This document shows, one piece after another, positions 1 through 9,073 of a stretch of DNA of 27,136 nt (its first letter is position 1; every line of letters begins with the position of its first letter). Position numbers and translations under genes: made by a program. The stretch lies in the NCBI GenBank assembly GCA_025455085.1, contig JALONF010000001.1, forward strand, positions 1-27,136, in the 5' to 3' direction. Under the pieces are notes generated by a model. That model saw only the letters and a list, made by a program, of their open reading frames with translations, was not told the DNA's origin and did not search any database. Source of the DNA: Ignavibacteriaceae bacterium (GTDB lineage: Bacteria; Bacteroidota; Ignavibacteria; Ignavibacteriales; Ignavibacteriaceae).

Positions 1-1680
1 AAACGTTTTTAGTCGGGACATTAAAAAAGTACATGCCAAATATCCGTTCATCAAGTCTTCCGAAAAGATTCAGTGGTGTCATTTCATCCGAAATAATTGT
101 AGAGACCACAGATATAACTTTTGGCAATGGATTATCATCAAACAGCGACTCCTGCTCAATGAAATCATCAATTTTTAGCAGTGCTAAGGTTCCGGGAATT
201 TCAAGCTGCTTTGCTTTAATGAGGTCTGCGGTTAAGCGTTCTTTGAATGACGCAGCATTCAGCGCTCTTGTTTCAAAATCTACTGAAGTTAAGTTCTTTA
301 ATAATTTCTGAGTGGAATGTGTGTAGATGATATAAGCTAAAACGTTTAGTGATTTTTTGAGGAACTGAACATCATTGTTGCTGTAAGCATTTTTCTTCAA
401 GCTTTCAAAACAGATAACGCCATAAATCTGCTTGTTGTAGATCAGCGGAATAGCAACAAACGATCCATCAAATGATACATCTTCAGCACGTGAATATCTT
501 TTATAATTACCTGCTGAAGTATCGTCAATTTTAACAGGAATTCCGGAAACAATTGATTTGCCGACAAGAGTTCCGTTCAAATCAATTTGAAGATCAACAC
601 CGATGTATTTTAGTGCAGTAGTGTTATCAACCTTTTCAGTTTTGAATATTTTATCGATCGGATTGAAATAAATAAATGCAAAAGCATCCCACTTTATCAT
701 ATTTTTTAATGCTTCAGGAAGAGCATTTATCATTTCTTTTTCATCTTCAAATTCATTCTCAGGACCGAGGATTTTTAATAAACCTTCCAGCCTCTTCTGG
801 GAGATGGTATCAGAATATTTTTCCTCGAATATTCCTATGAGCATTGTAATCAAACGTATAAAACGACCGAGAGAATAGATAGTCTCAATCCCGAAAGCAT
901 CTTCGACCTTCGAATCGATTGCTATTATTGCAACCAGCTCATTATTGTAGAATACAGGAACACCAGCAAAACTTTTTATTCCCTGATTTGAATCATAATA
1001 TCTGATCACGTCGGCTTCGGCAGTGCGGGAAATATCAGTCAGTAGCTCAGGTTCACCGGTTTCGACTATCTTACTTAATACATCATCCTCAATATCAAAT
1101 TTTCTTTTCGTCAACTGATTTGAAGAGGAGATAAACTTCTCGATAATTAACTTTTCTTTTTTCTTATTATACCAGAAATAAATTGCTGAGTGTGCGTTGT
1201 AAAGCTCTGCCATAACCGTGAGCATTCTTTCGATAACAAATCCAAATTGTTCATCATGTCCTGTTCCGGGAGGCAAAGTCTCTTTTACAATTTCATCAAA
1301 ACGTTCTTTGAGATCGTGAGGCTTCAGTGTTGTTTTTGATACACCGTATTCAGGTCTGTAATTCTCGTCAGTTATGACATGTAATTCTCGTCAGTTATGA
1401 CATCTACTTTTTTATTCTTTGAAACTATTTTGAAGGATTCCTCAGTCTCTGAGTGGGGAGTAGAAACAGTTTCAGCAATATTGTCTTCCGCTTCTGAAAT
1501 TGAATAACCGCCTGAAAACCTGACCGAATCTCTGAGAAAGATTATAAATGCAACATAGATGACAAGGAGAGCAATAATTACAAGTCTTATTGTGAGGTCG
1601 TCACTAAAAAATAAGCCAGACGCAAGCACTGGTATAACCAGAAATATTAAGAGTCGTTTACGTTGTCTTTTATCAAGCAT
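1..1680 (-). pseudogene. Membrane-anchored GAF-GAF-degenerate GGDEF-like signalling protein, frameshifted by a 23-bp tandem duplication; 3' end lies beyond the window
   Basis: ATG at 1680 is followed by two hydrophobic segments (LLIFLVIPVLASGLFFS; LTIRLVIIALLVIYVAFIIFL), then TAA at 1372-1374. Removing one 23-bp copy gives ...VDVITDENYRPEYGVSKTT..., and by my manual translation the frame is open from there to base 1. It contains two GAF-like units (SFAGVPVFYNNELVAIIAIDS; SFVAIPLIYNKQIYGVICFES) and a GGDEF-fold start (SVDFETRALNAASF...LALLKIDDF...GRLDERIF). Domain calls are by motif recognition, not by HMM search. Confidence 0.75.
1357..1402. repeat. Perfect tandem duplication, 2 x 23 bp (tgtaattctcgtcagttatgaca)
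   Basis: Read directly: the copies at 1357-1379 and 1380-1402 are identical. Confidence 0.97.
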
Positions 1681-1699
1681 GTGACAGTTTCAATAGGAA

Positions 1700-1722
1700 A
1701 AATTTATTTGTGAAATAAATTT
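1700..1722. promoter_or_regulatory. AT-rich perfect inverted repeat upstream of the GAF/GGDEF-like gene; possible operator or hairpin
   Basis: aaatttattt-gtg-aaataaattt: 10-bp arms and a 3-nt spacer, in the 78-bp gap between the engB stop and the ATG at 1680. Confidence 0.3.
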
Positions 1723-1758
1723 AACAACTAATTGCTGAAAAATAACATTCAGATCAAT

Positions 1759-2343
1759 TTAAAAGAACAGTTCAGTGATTTTTTTTTGAATTGGCTTTTT
1801 CAATCTGCCGGTAATTGTAGAGTAAAGAAACAGATTCTTGCTCAGTTTAAGTTCAGGAAAAAAGGAATGGATTGTGCTAATTGCCTTATGAGTTGCTGAT
1901 TGATTCAGCTTATCTGCTTTGCTAAGTATGACTGAATAATCTTTGTGAGCATTTTTCAGCCAAAGATTCAATTGAACGTCCAGCTCAGTCGGTTCATATC
2001 TGGGATCAATTAAGTGAAATGCGTGATGAATGCTTGTTGATTCAAGAATATAGTTTGACACAAGCTTGCCCCATTTCTCTCTTTCCGCAAGACTGGTCTT
2101 TGCGTAGCCGAATCCAGGCAAATCGACAATAAAGAATTTGTCATCAGCCTTGTAGAAATTGATTGATCTTGTTTTACCGGGAGTAGAACTTGTTTTAGCA
2201 AGTCCTTTTCTGTTGGATATACTATTAATAAAAGAAGACTTCCCAACGTTTGACCTTCCGCATAAAATCAATTGAGGCAGGTCAGATTTTGGCAAGTCCT
2301 CAAGTTCAAATACGGATTTAAAAAACTGAATATCTTTAAACAT
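1759..2343 (-). CDS. engB: Ribosome biogenesis GTP-binding protein YihA/YsxC (EngB)
   Basis: G1 GRSNVGKSS, SSTPGKT, G3 DLPGFG, G4-like SKADK; 194 aa. Confidence 0.95.
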   Translation of the reverse strand: MFKDIQFFKSVFELEDLPKSDLPQLILCGRSNVGKSSFINSISNRKGLAKTSSTPGKTRSINFYKADDKFFIVDLPGFGYAKTSLAEREKWGKLVSNYILESTSIHHAFHLIDPRYEPTELDVQLNLWLKNAHKDYSVILSKADKLNQSATHKAISTIHSFFPELKLSKNLFLYSTITGRLKKPIQKKITELFF

Positions 2344-2350
2344 AATAATT

Positions 2351-2386
2351 AAAAAAAAAGAGTAACCGATATTTTCGATTACTCTT
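2351..2386 (-). terminator. Intrinsic (Rho-independent) terminator after rplQ
   Basis: Minus strand aagagtaatcg-aaaatat-cggttactctt forms an 11-bp stem with one G.U pair and runs into a 9-T tract; it lies just after the rplQ stop. Confidence 0.85.
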
Positions 2387-2408
2387 ATAATACAAAAAAT
2401 AAGTTAAA

Positions 2409-2900
2409 TTATTTTTTAGGAACTTCAGCGGCCTGCTCTTCAAGCATCTGATTTTCTTTTTCAGCTTTTACTTTAGCTTCCTTCTCTTTAGCTTTTGTTT
2501 CTCTTTTTTCCTTCTGCTGTTCGGCTCTTGCAGTTACAACTTCATTATAATCAACTAGTTCAAGTATAGCCATCTGTGCTGCATCACCTTCTCTATATCC
2601 CAGTTTTACAACTCGTGTGTAACCACCGGGTCTATCGCCAATCTTCGGAATAATATCAGAGAATAATTCTTTAACAACTTCTTTATCTTTTACAACCTCC
2701 ATCACCTGCTTCTTTGCGTTTAAATCGCCTTTACGTGCTTTAGTGACAAGTTTCTCTGCAAAACCTCTGGTTTCCTTCGCTTTAGCAAGAGTTGTTTTAA
2801 TTCTCTTATGTTTAAGAAGAGAAGTCATTAAAGAATTTAAAGTAGCCTTTCGATGGCTTGCTGTTCTTCCTAATTTTCTTCCCTTAACATTGTGTCTCAT
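2409..2900 (-). CDS. rplQ: 50S ribosomal protein L17 with a charged C-terminal extension
   Basis: [17 protein letters not shown]...[12 protein letters not shown]...[11 protein letters not shown]; directly downstream of rpoA. Confidence 0.98.
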   Translation of the reverse strand: MRHNVKGRKLGRTASHRKATLNSLMTSLLKHKRIKTTLAKAKETRGFAEKLVTKARKGDLNAKKQVMEVVKDKEVVKELFSDIIPKIGDRPGGYTRVVKLGYREGDAAQMAILELVDYNEVVTARAEQQKEKRETKAKEKEAKVKAEKENQMLEEQAAEVPKK

Positions 2901-2918
2901 CTGATTACCCTTATCGTT

Positions 2919-3914
2919 TTATTTAGGTTCTGCTTCAACTTTAATATACTTGTCTACATCCATTCCGAATTCTATTCCAAGATCCTCAACAATTTCCATA
3001 AGCTCTGCTAAAGATTTTCTTCCAAAGTTTCTAAACTTGAGCATCTCTGCTTCATCTTTTCTAACCAGGTCACCAAGTATTTTTATATTCGCTGCCTTAA
3101 GACAGTTATGAGATCTTACACTCAACTCAAGATCATCAACTGAAGTTGTAAGTATCTTTTTTATTCTTTCAAACTCAGTATCTTTCTCTGCAACCGGTTG
3201 TTCCTCTTCCTGTTCTATATCGAAATTTATGAACAGCTGAACGTGTTCCCTAAGAATTTTAGCTGCTTGAGTTAGTGAATCATCAGGAGTGATTGAACCA
3301 TCTGTTGAGATTTCCAGAGTAAGTTTTTCGAAATCATTTTTATCGCCGATTCTAACATTCTCAACTGTCATTTTAACATTTCTGATAGGCGTGAAAATAG
3401 AGTCAATAGGAATAACACCGATAGCCTGATCCGGAGATGAATTCTCCACAGCAGGTACGTATCCTGTGCCTTTACCAACTCTTAATTCAACATCAAATTT
3501 TGCACTTTTATTTAAAGTAGCGATATGAAGATCAGGATTTAAAATTTCTATTTCATTACTTGCCTTCTGGATATCAGCCGCGGTCCATTTTTTATCACCA
3601 TTAAAAGACAGATCAATCTTATTCGGTTTTTTCGAAAGTAATTTCATTCTGACCTGTTTAAGATTTAATACGATTTCGGAGACATCTTCAACTACACCCG
3701 GAATGGTTGTAAATTCGTGCAGGATACCGCTGAATTTAACTGAAGTGATTGCAGCTCCAGGCAAGGATGATAGAAGTACGCGCCTTAGTGAATTACCCAG
3801 GGTTACTCCGAATCCTCGTTCCAATGGTTGAAGAGTAAATTTTCCAAAAGTGTTTGAATAATTTGATTCATCCAGAACCACTGATTCAGGCATAATTAAA
3901 TGTGATGTATTCAT
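2919..3914 (-). CDS. rpoA: DNA-directed RNA polymerase subunit alpha
   Basis: LERGFGVTLGNSLRRVLLSS, HEFTTIPGVVEDV, alphaCTD LELSVRSHNCLK...RNFGRKSL. Confidence 0.99.
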   Translation of the reverse strand: MNTSHLIMPESVVLDESNYSNTFGKFTLQPLERGFGVTLGNSLRRVLLSSLPGAAITSVKFSGILHEFTTIPGVVEDVSEIVLNLKQVRMKLLSKKPNKIDLSFNGDKKWTAADIQKASNEIEILNPDLHIATLNKSAKFDVELRVGKGTGYVPAVENSSPDQAIGVIPIDSIFTPIRNVKMTVENVRIGDKNDFEKLTLEISTDGSITPDDSLTQAAKILREHVQLFINFDIEQEEEQPVAEKDTEFERIKKILTTSVDDLELSVRSHNCLKAANIKILGDLVRKDEAEMLKFRNFGRKSLAELMEIVEDLGIEFGMDVDKYIKVEAEPK

Positions 3915-3944
3915 TAAAAAATCCTCTAAAATTTCAAAAATTAA

Positions 3945-4571
3945 TTATTTAGAATAGAGCTCTACAACCAACTGTTCGTTGGCGTTTAGAGGAACATCTG
4001 CTCTTTCCGGAACCTGCAGAAATGTTCCGGTTAATGTTGCTTTATCTATTGTTAGCCAGGGATAAGCACTTTCCTTAACTCTTTTAAGCGAGTTATGAAT
4101 TGCATCCAGCTTCTTACTTTTTTCTTTTACTTTTACAATATCACCTTGAGAGACAAGGTATGACGGAACATCAACCAGTCTGTCATTTACCATAAAATGT
4201 CTATGCTTTATAAGTTGTCTTGCCTGACTTCTTGAAGCAGCAAAGCCCAGCCTGAAGATAACGTTGTCTAATCTTCTCTCAAGAATCTTTATCAGGTTTT
4301 CACCAGTAATACCTTTTTGCTTGATCGCTTTTTCAAAATAATTTCTGAATTGAGTTTCAAGTAATCCATACATTCTTTTGATTTTTTGTTTCTCTCTAAG
4401 CTGTACCCCGTATTCAGATACTTTTGATCTTCTGCTCAGTCCATGTTGACCGGGTGCATAATTACGGGATTCAATCGGGCACTTCTCAGTATAGCATTTC
4501 TGCCCTTTAAGAAAAAGCTTTTGCTTTTCTCTTCTGCATAATTTGCAAACTGAATCTGTGTATCTTGCCAT
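3945..4571 (-). CDS. rpsD: 30S ribosomal protein S4 (Cys-containing N-terminus)
   Basis: MARYTDSVCKLCRRE...KCYTEKC, LERRLDNVIFRLGF, ends LVVELYSK. Confidence 0.99.
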   Translation of the reverse strand: MARYTDSVCKLCRREKQKLFLKGQKCYTEKCPIESRNYAPGQHGLSRRSKVSEYGVQLREKQKIKRMYGLLETQFRNYFEKAIKQKGITGENLIKILERRLDNVIFRLGFAASRSQARQLIKHRHFMVNDRLVDVPSYLVSQGDIVKVKEKSKKLDAIHNSLKRVKESAYPWLTIDKATLTGTFLQVPERADVPLNANEQLVVELYSK

Positions 4572-4590
4572 TTAACGATAACTCCTTCTT

Positions 4591-4977
4591 TTAAACTCTT
4601 CTACGCTTTGGTGGTCTGCATCCGTTATGAGGTATCGGAGTCACATCTTTAATTGATGTTACTTCCAAACCTGCAGTATATAAAGATCTAATTGCCGCTT
4701 CTCTTCCAGAGCCGGGTCCTTTTACTCTGACTTCTACTTTTCTCAATCCGAGATCATAAGCTTCTTTGGCAGCAGCTTCTGCAGATACTTGTGCAGCAAA
4801 GGGTGTATTTTTTCGTGATCCTTTAAAACCATTCTTGCCTGCAGACGACCATGATAATGTGTTGCCATAAATATCCGTGATGGTGACAATTACATTATTG
4901 AATGTTGCTTTTATATGAGCAACGCCATTCAGGTCTACCTGTGTTCTCTTTTTAACTTTTTTTACTGACTTAGCCAA
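4591..4977 (-). CDS. rpsK: 30S ribosomal protein S11 (TTG start)
   Basis: [35 protein letters not shown]; GGAGG upstream of TTG. Confidence 0.99.
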   Translation of the reverse strand: MAKSVKKVKKRTQVDLNGVAHIKATFNNVIVTITDIYGNTLSWSSAGKNGFKGSRKNTPFAAQVSAEAAAKEAYDLGLRKVEVRVKGPGSGREAAIRSLYTAGLEVTSIKDVTPIPHNGCRPPKRRRV

Positions 4978-5001
4978 TCAAAATCCTCCGATTAACAAAA
5001 A

Positions 5002-5385
5002 TTATTTCTTAGTTGGTGTTTTCTTCTTGCCGGCAACAGTTTTACGTTTGCCTTTCCTGGTTCTGGAATTAGTTCTTGTTCTCTGACCTCTAGCAGGGAG
5101 ACCTTTTCTGTGTCTTATTCCTCTATAAGCTCCGATATCCATTAATCTTTTAATATTCTGCTGAACTTCAGAACGAAGTGCTCCTTCAACTTTAAACTCA
5201 GCAGTGATAACCGCTCTTATCTGTGCTACATCTTCTTCAGTAAGATCGCCAACTTTTTTGTTGGGATCTATTTTTGCCTTCTCAAGAATATCTGAAGACG
5301 ATGTAGGTCCTATCCCATATATATATTGAAGACCGAATAAGACTTTTTTATTTTTAGGTAAATCAACACCTGATATACGTGCCAA
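5002..5385 (-). CDS. rpsM: 30S ribosomal protein S13 (TTG start)
   Basis: [36 protein letters not shown]; AAGGAG upstream. Confidence 0.99.
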   Translation of the reverse strand: MARISGVDLPKNKKVLFGLQYIYGIGPTSSSDILEKAKIDPNKKVGDLTEEDVAQIRAVITAEFKVEGALRSEVQQNIKRLMDIGAYRGIRHRKGLPARGQRTRTNSRTRKGKRKTVAGKKKTPTKK

Positions 5386-5405
5386 TTAAAACTCCTTTAT
5401 TAATT

Positions 5406-5519
5406 TTAACCTTGTCTCTGCTTGTGCTTTGGATTAGAGCAAATAACTCTAACGACGCCCTTGCGTCTGATTATTTTGCACTTATCGCATATTTTTCTTA
5501 CTGATGATCTAACTTTCAT
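5406..5519 (-). CDS. rpmJ: 50S ribosomal protein L36, zinc-ribbon form (absent from ORF track)
   Basis: Manual translation [37 protein letters not shown] (37 aa), in the canonical infA-rpsM slot. Confidence 0.98.
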   Translation of the reverse strand: MKVRSSVRKICDKCKIIRRKGVVRVICSNPKHKQRQG

Positions 5520-5529
5520 TTTATACCCA

Positions 5530-5748
5530 TTATTTATATCTGTAAGTTATTCTTCCCTTCGATAAATCGTAGGGAGACATTTCAACCGAAACTTTATCGC
5601 CAACAAGAATTTTAATAAAATGCATTCTCATCTTGCCTGAAATATGAGCAAGGATTTCATGACCATTATCCAGTTTTACCCTGAAAGTTGCGTTAGGTAA
5701 AGTTTCGGTAATAACGCCATCTATTTTTATTGGTCCTTGTTTAGCCAT
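5530..5748 (-). CDS. infA: Translation initiation factor IF-1
   Basis: [11 protein letters not shown]...[20 protein letters not shown]...[13 protein letters not shown]. The start is placed at ATG 5748, which overlaps the map stop (TAATG), rather than at 5754. Confidence 0.98.
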   Translation of the reverse strand: MAKQGPIKIDGVITETLPNATFRVKLDNGHEILAHISGKMRMHFIKILVGDKVSVEMSPYDLSKGRITYRYK

Positions 5749-6509
5749 TAACAAACAGTTAAGATTTCCGGTGAATTATCCAATATTAAAATCGTATGCT
5801 CAAAATGAGCTGATGGAGAACCATCCGCCGTTATCACAGTCCAGCCATCCGGAGAAGTAATCACTTCATAACCACCAGTATTTACCATAGGCTCAATGGC
5901 AATCGTCATTCCTCTTTTCAATTTTGAGCCAGTTCCTCTTTTCCCAAAATTTGGAACTGCAGGATCTTCGTGAAGAAATTTACCAACACCGTGCCCACAA
6001 AGGTCTCTTACGATAGAAAATCCGTTCTGCTCAACATAATCCTGAACTGCTGCTGATATATCGTGGACTCTGTTTCCATTTTTGGCTTGCTCAATACCGA
6101 GTTGCAATGATTTTTCTGTTACTTCCATAAGCTTTTTCTTTTCATCAGAAATTTTTCCAACTGCAACGGTTATTGCTGCATCACCATAATAATTATTTTT
6201 AAGAACACCAACGTCGAGAGAAATTATATCTCCTTCTTCAAGTTTAACCTGACCGGGTATTCCGTGCACTACCGCATCGTTTATAGAAGTGCAAACCGAA
6301 CCCGGAAAACCAGGCAATCCTCCCTGCGAATATCCTTTGAAAGCAGGAATTGCACTGTTACTTCTTATATAATCTTCTGCTATTCTATCTAATTCAAATG
6401 TCGTAACACCAATTTTAACATTACTCTTAACTAAGCGAAGCGTCTCTGCAACTATCCTACAACTCTCTCTTATAAAATCAATTTCCTTTTGAGTCTTTAT
6501 ATATATCAC
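5748..6509 (-). CDS. map: Type I methionine aminopeptidase (GTG start)
   Basis: [28 protein letters not shown]...HEDP, AIEPM, SAHFEHT metal-ligand motifs. Confidence 0.98.
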   Translation of the reverse strand: MIYIKTQKEIDFIRESCRIVAETLRLVKSNVKIGVTTFELDRIAEDYIRSNSAIPAFKGYSQGGLPGFPGSVCTSINDAVVHGIPGQVKLEEGDIISLDVGVLKNNYYGDAAITVAVGKISDEKKKLMEVTEKSLQLGIEQAKNGNRVHDISAAVQDYVEQNGFSIVRDLCGHGVGKFLHEDPAVPNFGKRGTGSKLKRGMTIAIEPMVNTGGYEVITSPDGWTVITADGSPSAHFEHTILILDNSPEILTVC

Positions 6510-6516
6510 AGACTAA

Positions 6517-7854
6517 CTAAGCTCTGCGTCCTTTGAATTTTCCGGACTTCATAAAACCATCGTAATGTCTCATCAATAAATGCGATTCAATTTGCTGAAG
6601 CGTATCCAGTGCTACACCAACGATAATGAGAAGACTGGTTCCACCAAAAAACTGTGCGAATTGGCCGGATACATCAAAACCTGAAACAAATGCCGGTAAA
6701 ATTGCAATGATAGCCAGGAAGATTGATCCGGGTAGAGTAATCTTTGTTAAAATATTATCAATGAACTCAGAAGTTTGCTTCCCGGGTCTTATACCTGGAA
6801 TAAATCCGCCCTGCTTTTTCATGTTATCAGCCACATCTTTTGGATTAAATGCTATAGCAGTATAAAAATATGTGAAGAACACAATCATCAAGGCATAGAT
6901 CACAGAATAAACCGGAGAATTATAAACAAAATAAGTAGATAAACTCTGCAAAAATTCATTATCAGGGAAAAATGATAATACAGTGTTAGGTATAAACATA
7001 ATTGACTGTGCAAAAATTATTGGCATTACTCCGGCTGTGTTTACCCGCAAAGGAATGTACTGAGTTACACCGCCATAAATTTTTCTCCCAACAACGCGTT
7101 TTGCATACTGAACCGGAATTCTCCTTGTGCCCTGAGTAACAAGCACAACACCAGCAATTATAAAGAACATGAATACTAAAATTATTATTTCGATGATAAT
7201 CGATCTCTGCCCAACGCTAATCAGTCTTATCTCATCAAAGATGGCGTGTGGGAATCTTGCAATGATTCCGATAAAAATTATCAAAGAAATTCCGTTGCCA
7301 ATACCTTTTTCGGTTATCTGTTCTCCCATCCACATCATAAAGATTGTTCCGGATGTAAGAATTATAATAGTCGTAAGAACCCATGCAAAACCGCTCACAG
7401 CCTCAGGAACAATTGGTAATCCCTGAACTTGAATATTCAATAGCCTGATTGTAACGCCCCATGCCTGCATTGCAGAAATCAAAACTGTACCGTAACGGGT
7501 AAGCTGCGTTATCTTCTTTCTGCCTTCTTCACCTTCCTGCTGCAGTTTCTGAAAATATGGAACAACAGCACCAAGGAGCTGAATAATAATTGAAGCCGAA
7601 ATGTAAGGCATTATTCCAAGTGCAAATATTGCTGCATTCGAGAAAGCACCTCCAACGAACATATCGTATAAACCAAAAAGGTTATCCGTGGTTGCATTTT
7701 TCATACTCTCTGTGAGCAGTGTAGTATCAACACCCGGAATCGTTATATGTGCACCTAAACGAACAAGAAAAAGCAGTGCCAGCGTATAGAAAATCCTCTG
7801 GCGGAGTTCGTGTATTTTAAAGATGTTCCGGAAAGTATCTGTAAGTCTCGACAT
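6517..7854 (-). CDS. secY: Preprotein translocase subunit SecY
   Basis: IFALGIMPYISASII, GIGNGISLIIF, RIPVQYA, GGFIPGIRPG, GGTSLLIIVGV; multiple hydrophobic segments. Confidence 0.99.
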   Translation of the reverse strand: MSRLTDTFRNIFKIHELRQRIFYTLALLFLVRLGAHITIPGVDTTLLTESMKNATTDNLFGLYDMFVGGAFSNAAIFALGIMPYISASIIIQLLGAVVPYFQKLQQEGEEGRKKITQLTRYGTVLISAMQAWGVTIRLLNIQVQGLPIVPEAVSGFAWVLTTIIILTSGTIFMMWMGEQITEKGIGNGISLIIFIGIIARFPHAIFDEIRLISVGQRSIIIEIIILVFMFFIIAGVVLVTQGTRRIPVQYAKRVVGRKIYGGVTQYIPLRVNTAGVMPIIFAQSIMFIPNTVLSFFPDNEFLQSLSTYFVYNSPVYSVIYALMIVFFTYFYTAIAFNPKDVADNMKKQGGFIPGIRPGKQTSEFIDNILTKITLPGSIFLAIIAILPAFVSGFDVSGQFAQFFGGTSLLIIVGVALDTLQQIESHLLMRHYDGFMKSGKFKGRRA

Positions 7855-7865
7855 TTAATACCGCA

Positions 7866-8321
7866 TTAAATTAACTTTATTGAACCGCCAGCCGATTCTA
7901 TTTTTTCTTTTGCACTTTTGCTGATTGCATTAACCTCAAGATTTATTTTTGCTTTTATTTCGCCTTTAGCTAAAATCTTTACCGGCTTTTTTATGCTGGA
8001 AATCAAGCCTAAGTTTTTTAATTCTTCAATATTTAAAACTTTATCACCCTTATTTTCATCAGCTATTCTTTGCAGAGCATTAAGATTTACAACCTGGTAA
8101 GTTTCCTTAAAAATATTTGTGAACCCGAATTTCGGAATTCTTCTTTGCAAAGGCATCTGACCACCTTCAAACCAGGATCTCTTTTTTGAACCTGAACGTG
8201 ATCGCTGACCATTCATTCCTCTGGTTGCCTGACCGCCGTGACCTGAGCCCTCGCCTCTGCCGACTCTCTTTCGTTTTTTTCTTGAGCCTTCAGCGTATTT
8301 TAGATTACTTAGAATATCCAT
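7866..8321 (-). CDS. rplO: 50S ribosomal protein L15
   Basis: RVGRGEGSGHG...FEGGQMPLQRRIPKFGF...SAKEKIESAGG. Confidence 0.99.
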   Translation of the reverse strand: MDILSNLKYAEGSRKKRKRVGRGEGSGHGGQATRGMNGQRSRSGSKKRSWFEGGQMPLQRRIPKFGFTNIFKETYQVVNLNALQRIADENKGDKVLNIEELKNLGLISSIKKPVKILAKGEIKAKINLEVNAISKSAKEKIESAGGSIKLI

Positions 8322-8333
8322 TGTATAATTTCC

Positions 8334-8519
8334 TTATTCTTTTACTTCTTCAACCTTAACAAGATGATTAACTTTTTTAATCATACCCCTTATTTGAGGA
8401 GTATCATTATGAAGTTTTTCCCAGTTAGGTCTGCCCAGACCCAGAGCTTCAATAATTTTTTTCTGTTTCTCTGGTCTGTCTATAATACTTTTAGTTTGTA
8501 TAATTTTTAACTTAGCCAT
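8334..8519 (-). CDS. rpmD: 50S ribosomal protein L30
   Basis: MAKLKIIQTKSII...ALGL...PQIRGMIKKVNHLVKVEE (61 aa). The start is corrected to ATG 8519, which has an AGAGGA upstream. Confidence 0.96.
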   Translation of the reverse strand: MAKLKIIQTKSIIDRPEKQKKIIEALGLGRPNWEKLHNDTPQIRGMIKKVNHLVKVEEVKE

Positions 8520-8529
8520 AAATCCTCTG

Positions 8530-9036
8530 TTAAGAAGCAAAAATTTCCTGAATAGTTTTTCCTCTTTTGTTCGCCATCGATTTAGCATCAACTTGCATCA
8601 GTAATCCATTCAAAGTCGCTTTAACCTGGTTATGAGGATTACTTGAACCAAGAGATTTTGTTAAGATATCCTGAACGCCAGCAGCTTCCAGAACAGCTCT
8701 TACACCGCCACCAGCGATAAGTCCGGTTCCTGGTGACGCTGGTTTTAATAACACTTTACCGGCACCAAACCTGCCGACGATTTCATGTGAAATTGTTCCT
8801 CTTCGAACGGAAACCTTCACAAGATTTTTCTTGGCATCATCAATTCCTTTGGATATTGCATCAGTAACTTCATTTGCTTTTCCAAGTCCAACACCAACGA
8901 TTCCGTTTCCATCACCAACCACAACGATTGCGTTAAAGCTAAAGCGTCGTCCGCCTTTTACAACTTTAGCAACACGATTAATGTGAACAACTTTTTCTTT
9001 TAATCCGTCTGTTTCAGTGGATTTAACTCTTTTCAA
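8530..9036 (-). CDS. rpsE: 30S ribosomal protein S5 (TTG start)
   Basis: [36 protein letters not shown]; AGGAGA at 9042-9047. Confidence 0.99.
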   Translation of the reverse strand: MKRVKSTETDGLKEKVVHINRVAKVVKGGRRFSFNAIVVVGDGNGIVGVGLGKANEVTDAISKGIDDAKKNLVKVSVRRGTISHEIVGRFGAGKVLLKPASPGTGLIAGGGVRAVLEAAGVQDILTKSLGSSNPHNQVKATLNGLLMQVDAKSMANKRGKTIQEIFAS

Positions 9037-9073
9037 ATTGATCTCCTAAAATCTATCATTATTAAAATGGAAG

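Noticed and set aside
33-311. 92-aa plus-strand ORF
   Set aside because: Antisense shadow of the open minus-strand GGDEF-like frame; no recognisable motif.
1372-1680. 102-aa ORF treated as a stand-alone small membrane protein
   Set aside because: Its stop is created by the 23-bp duplication; it is the N-terminus of a much longer gene.
2010-2246. 78-aa minus-strand ORF inside engB
   Set aside because: Alternative frame within a well-conserved gene; no supporting signal.
8520-8591. ORF-track N-terminal extension of rpmD (85 aa)
   Set aside because: It overlaps the end of rpsE; ATG 8519 has an SD and gives a normal-length L30.
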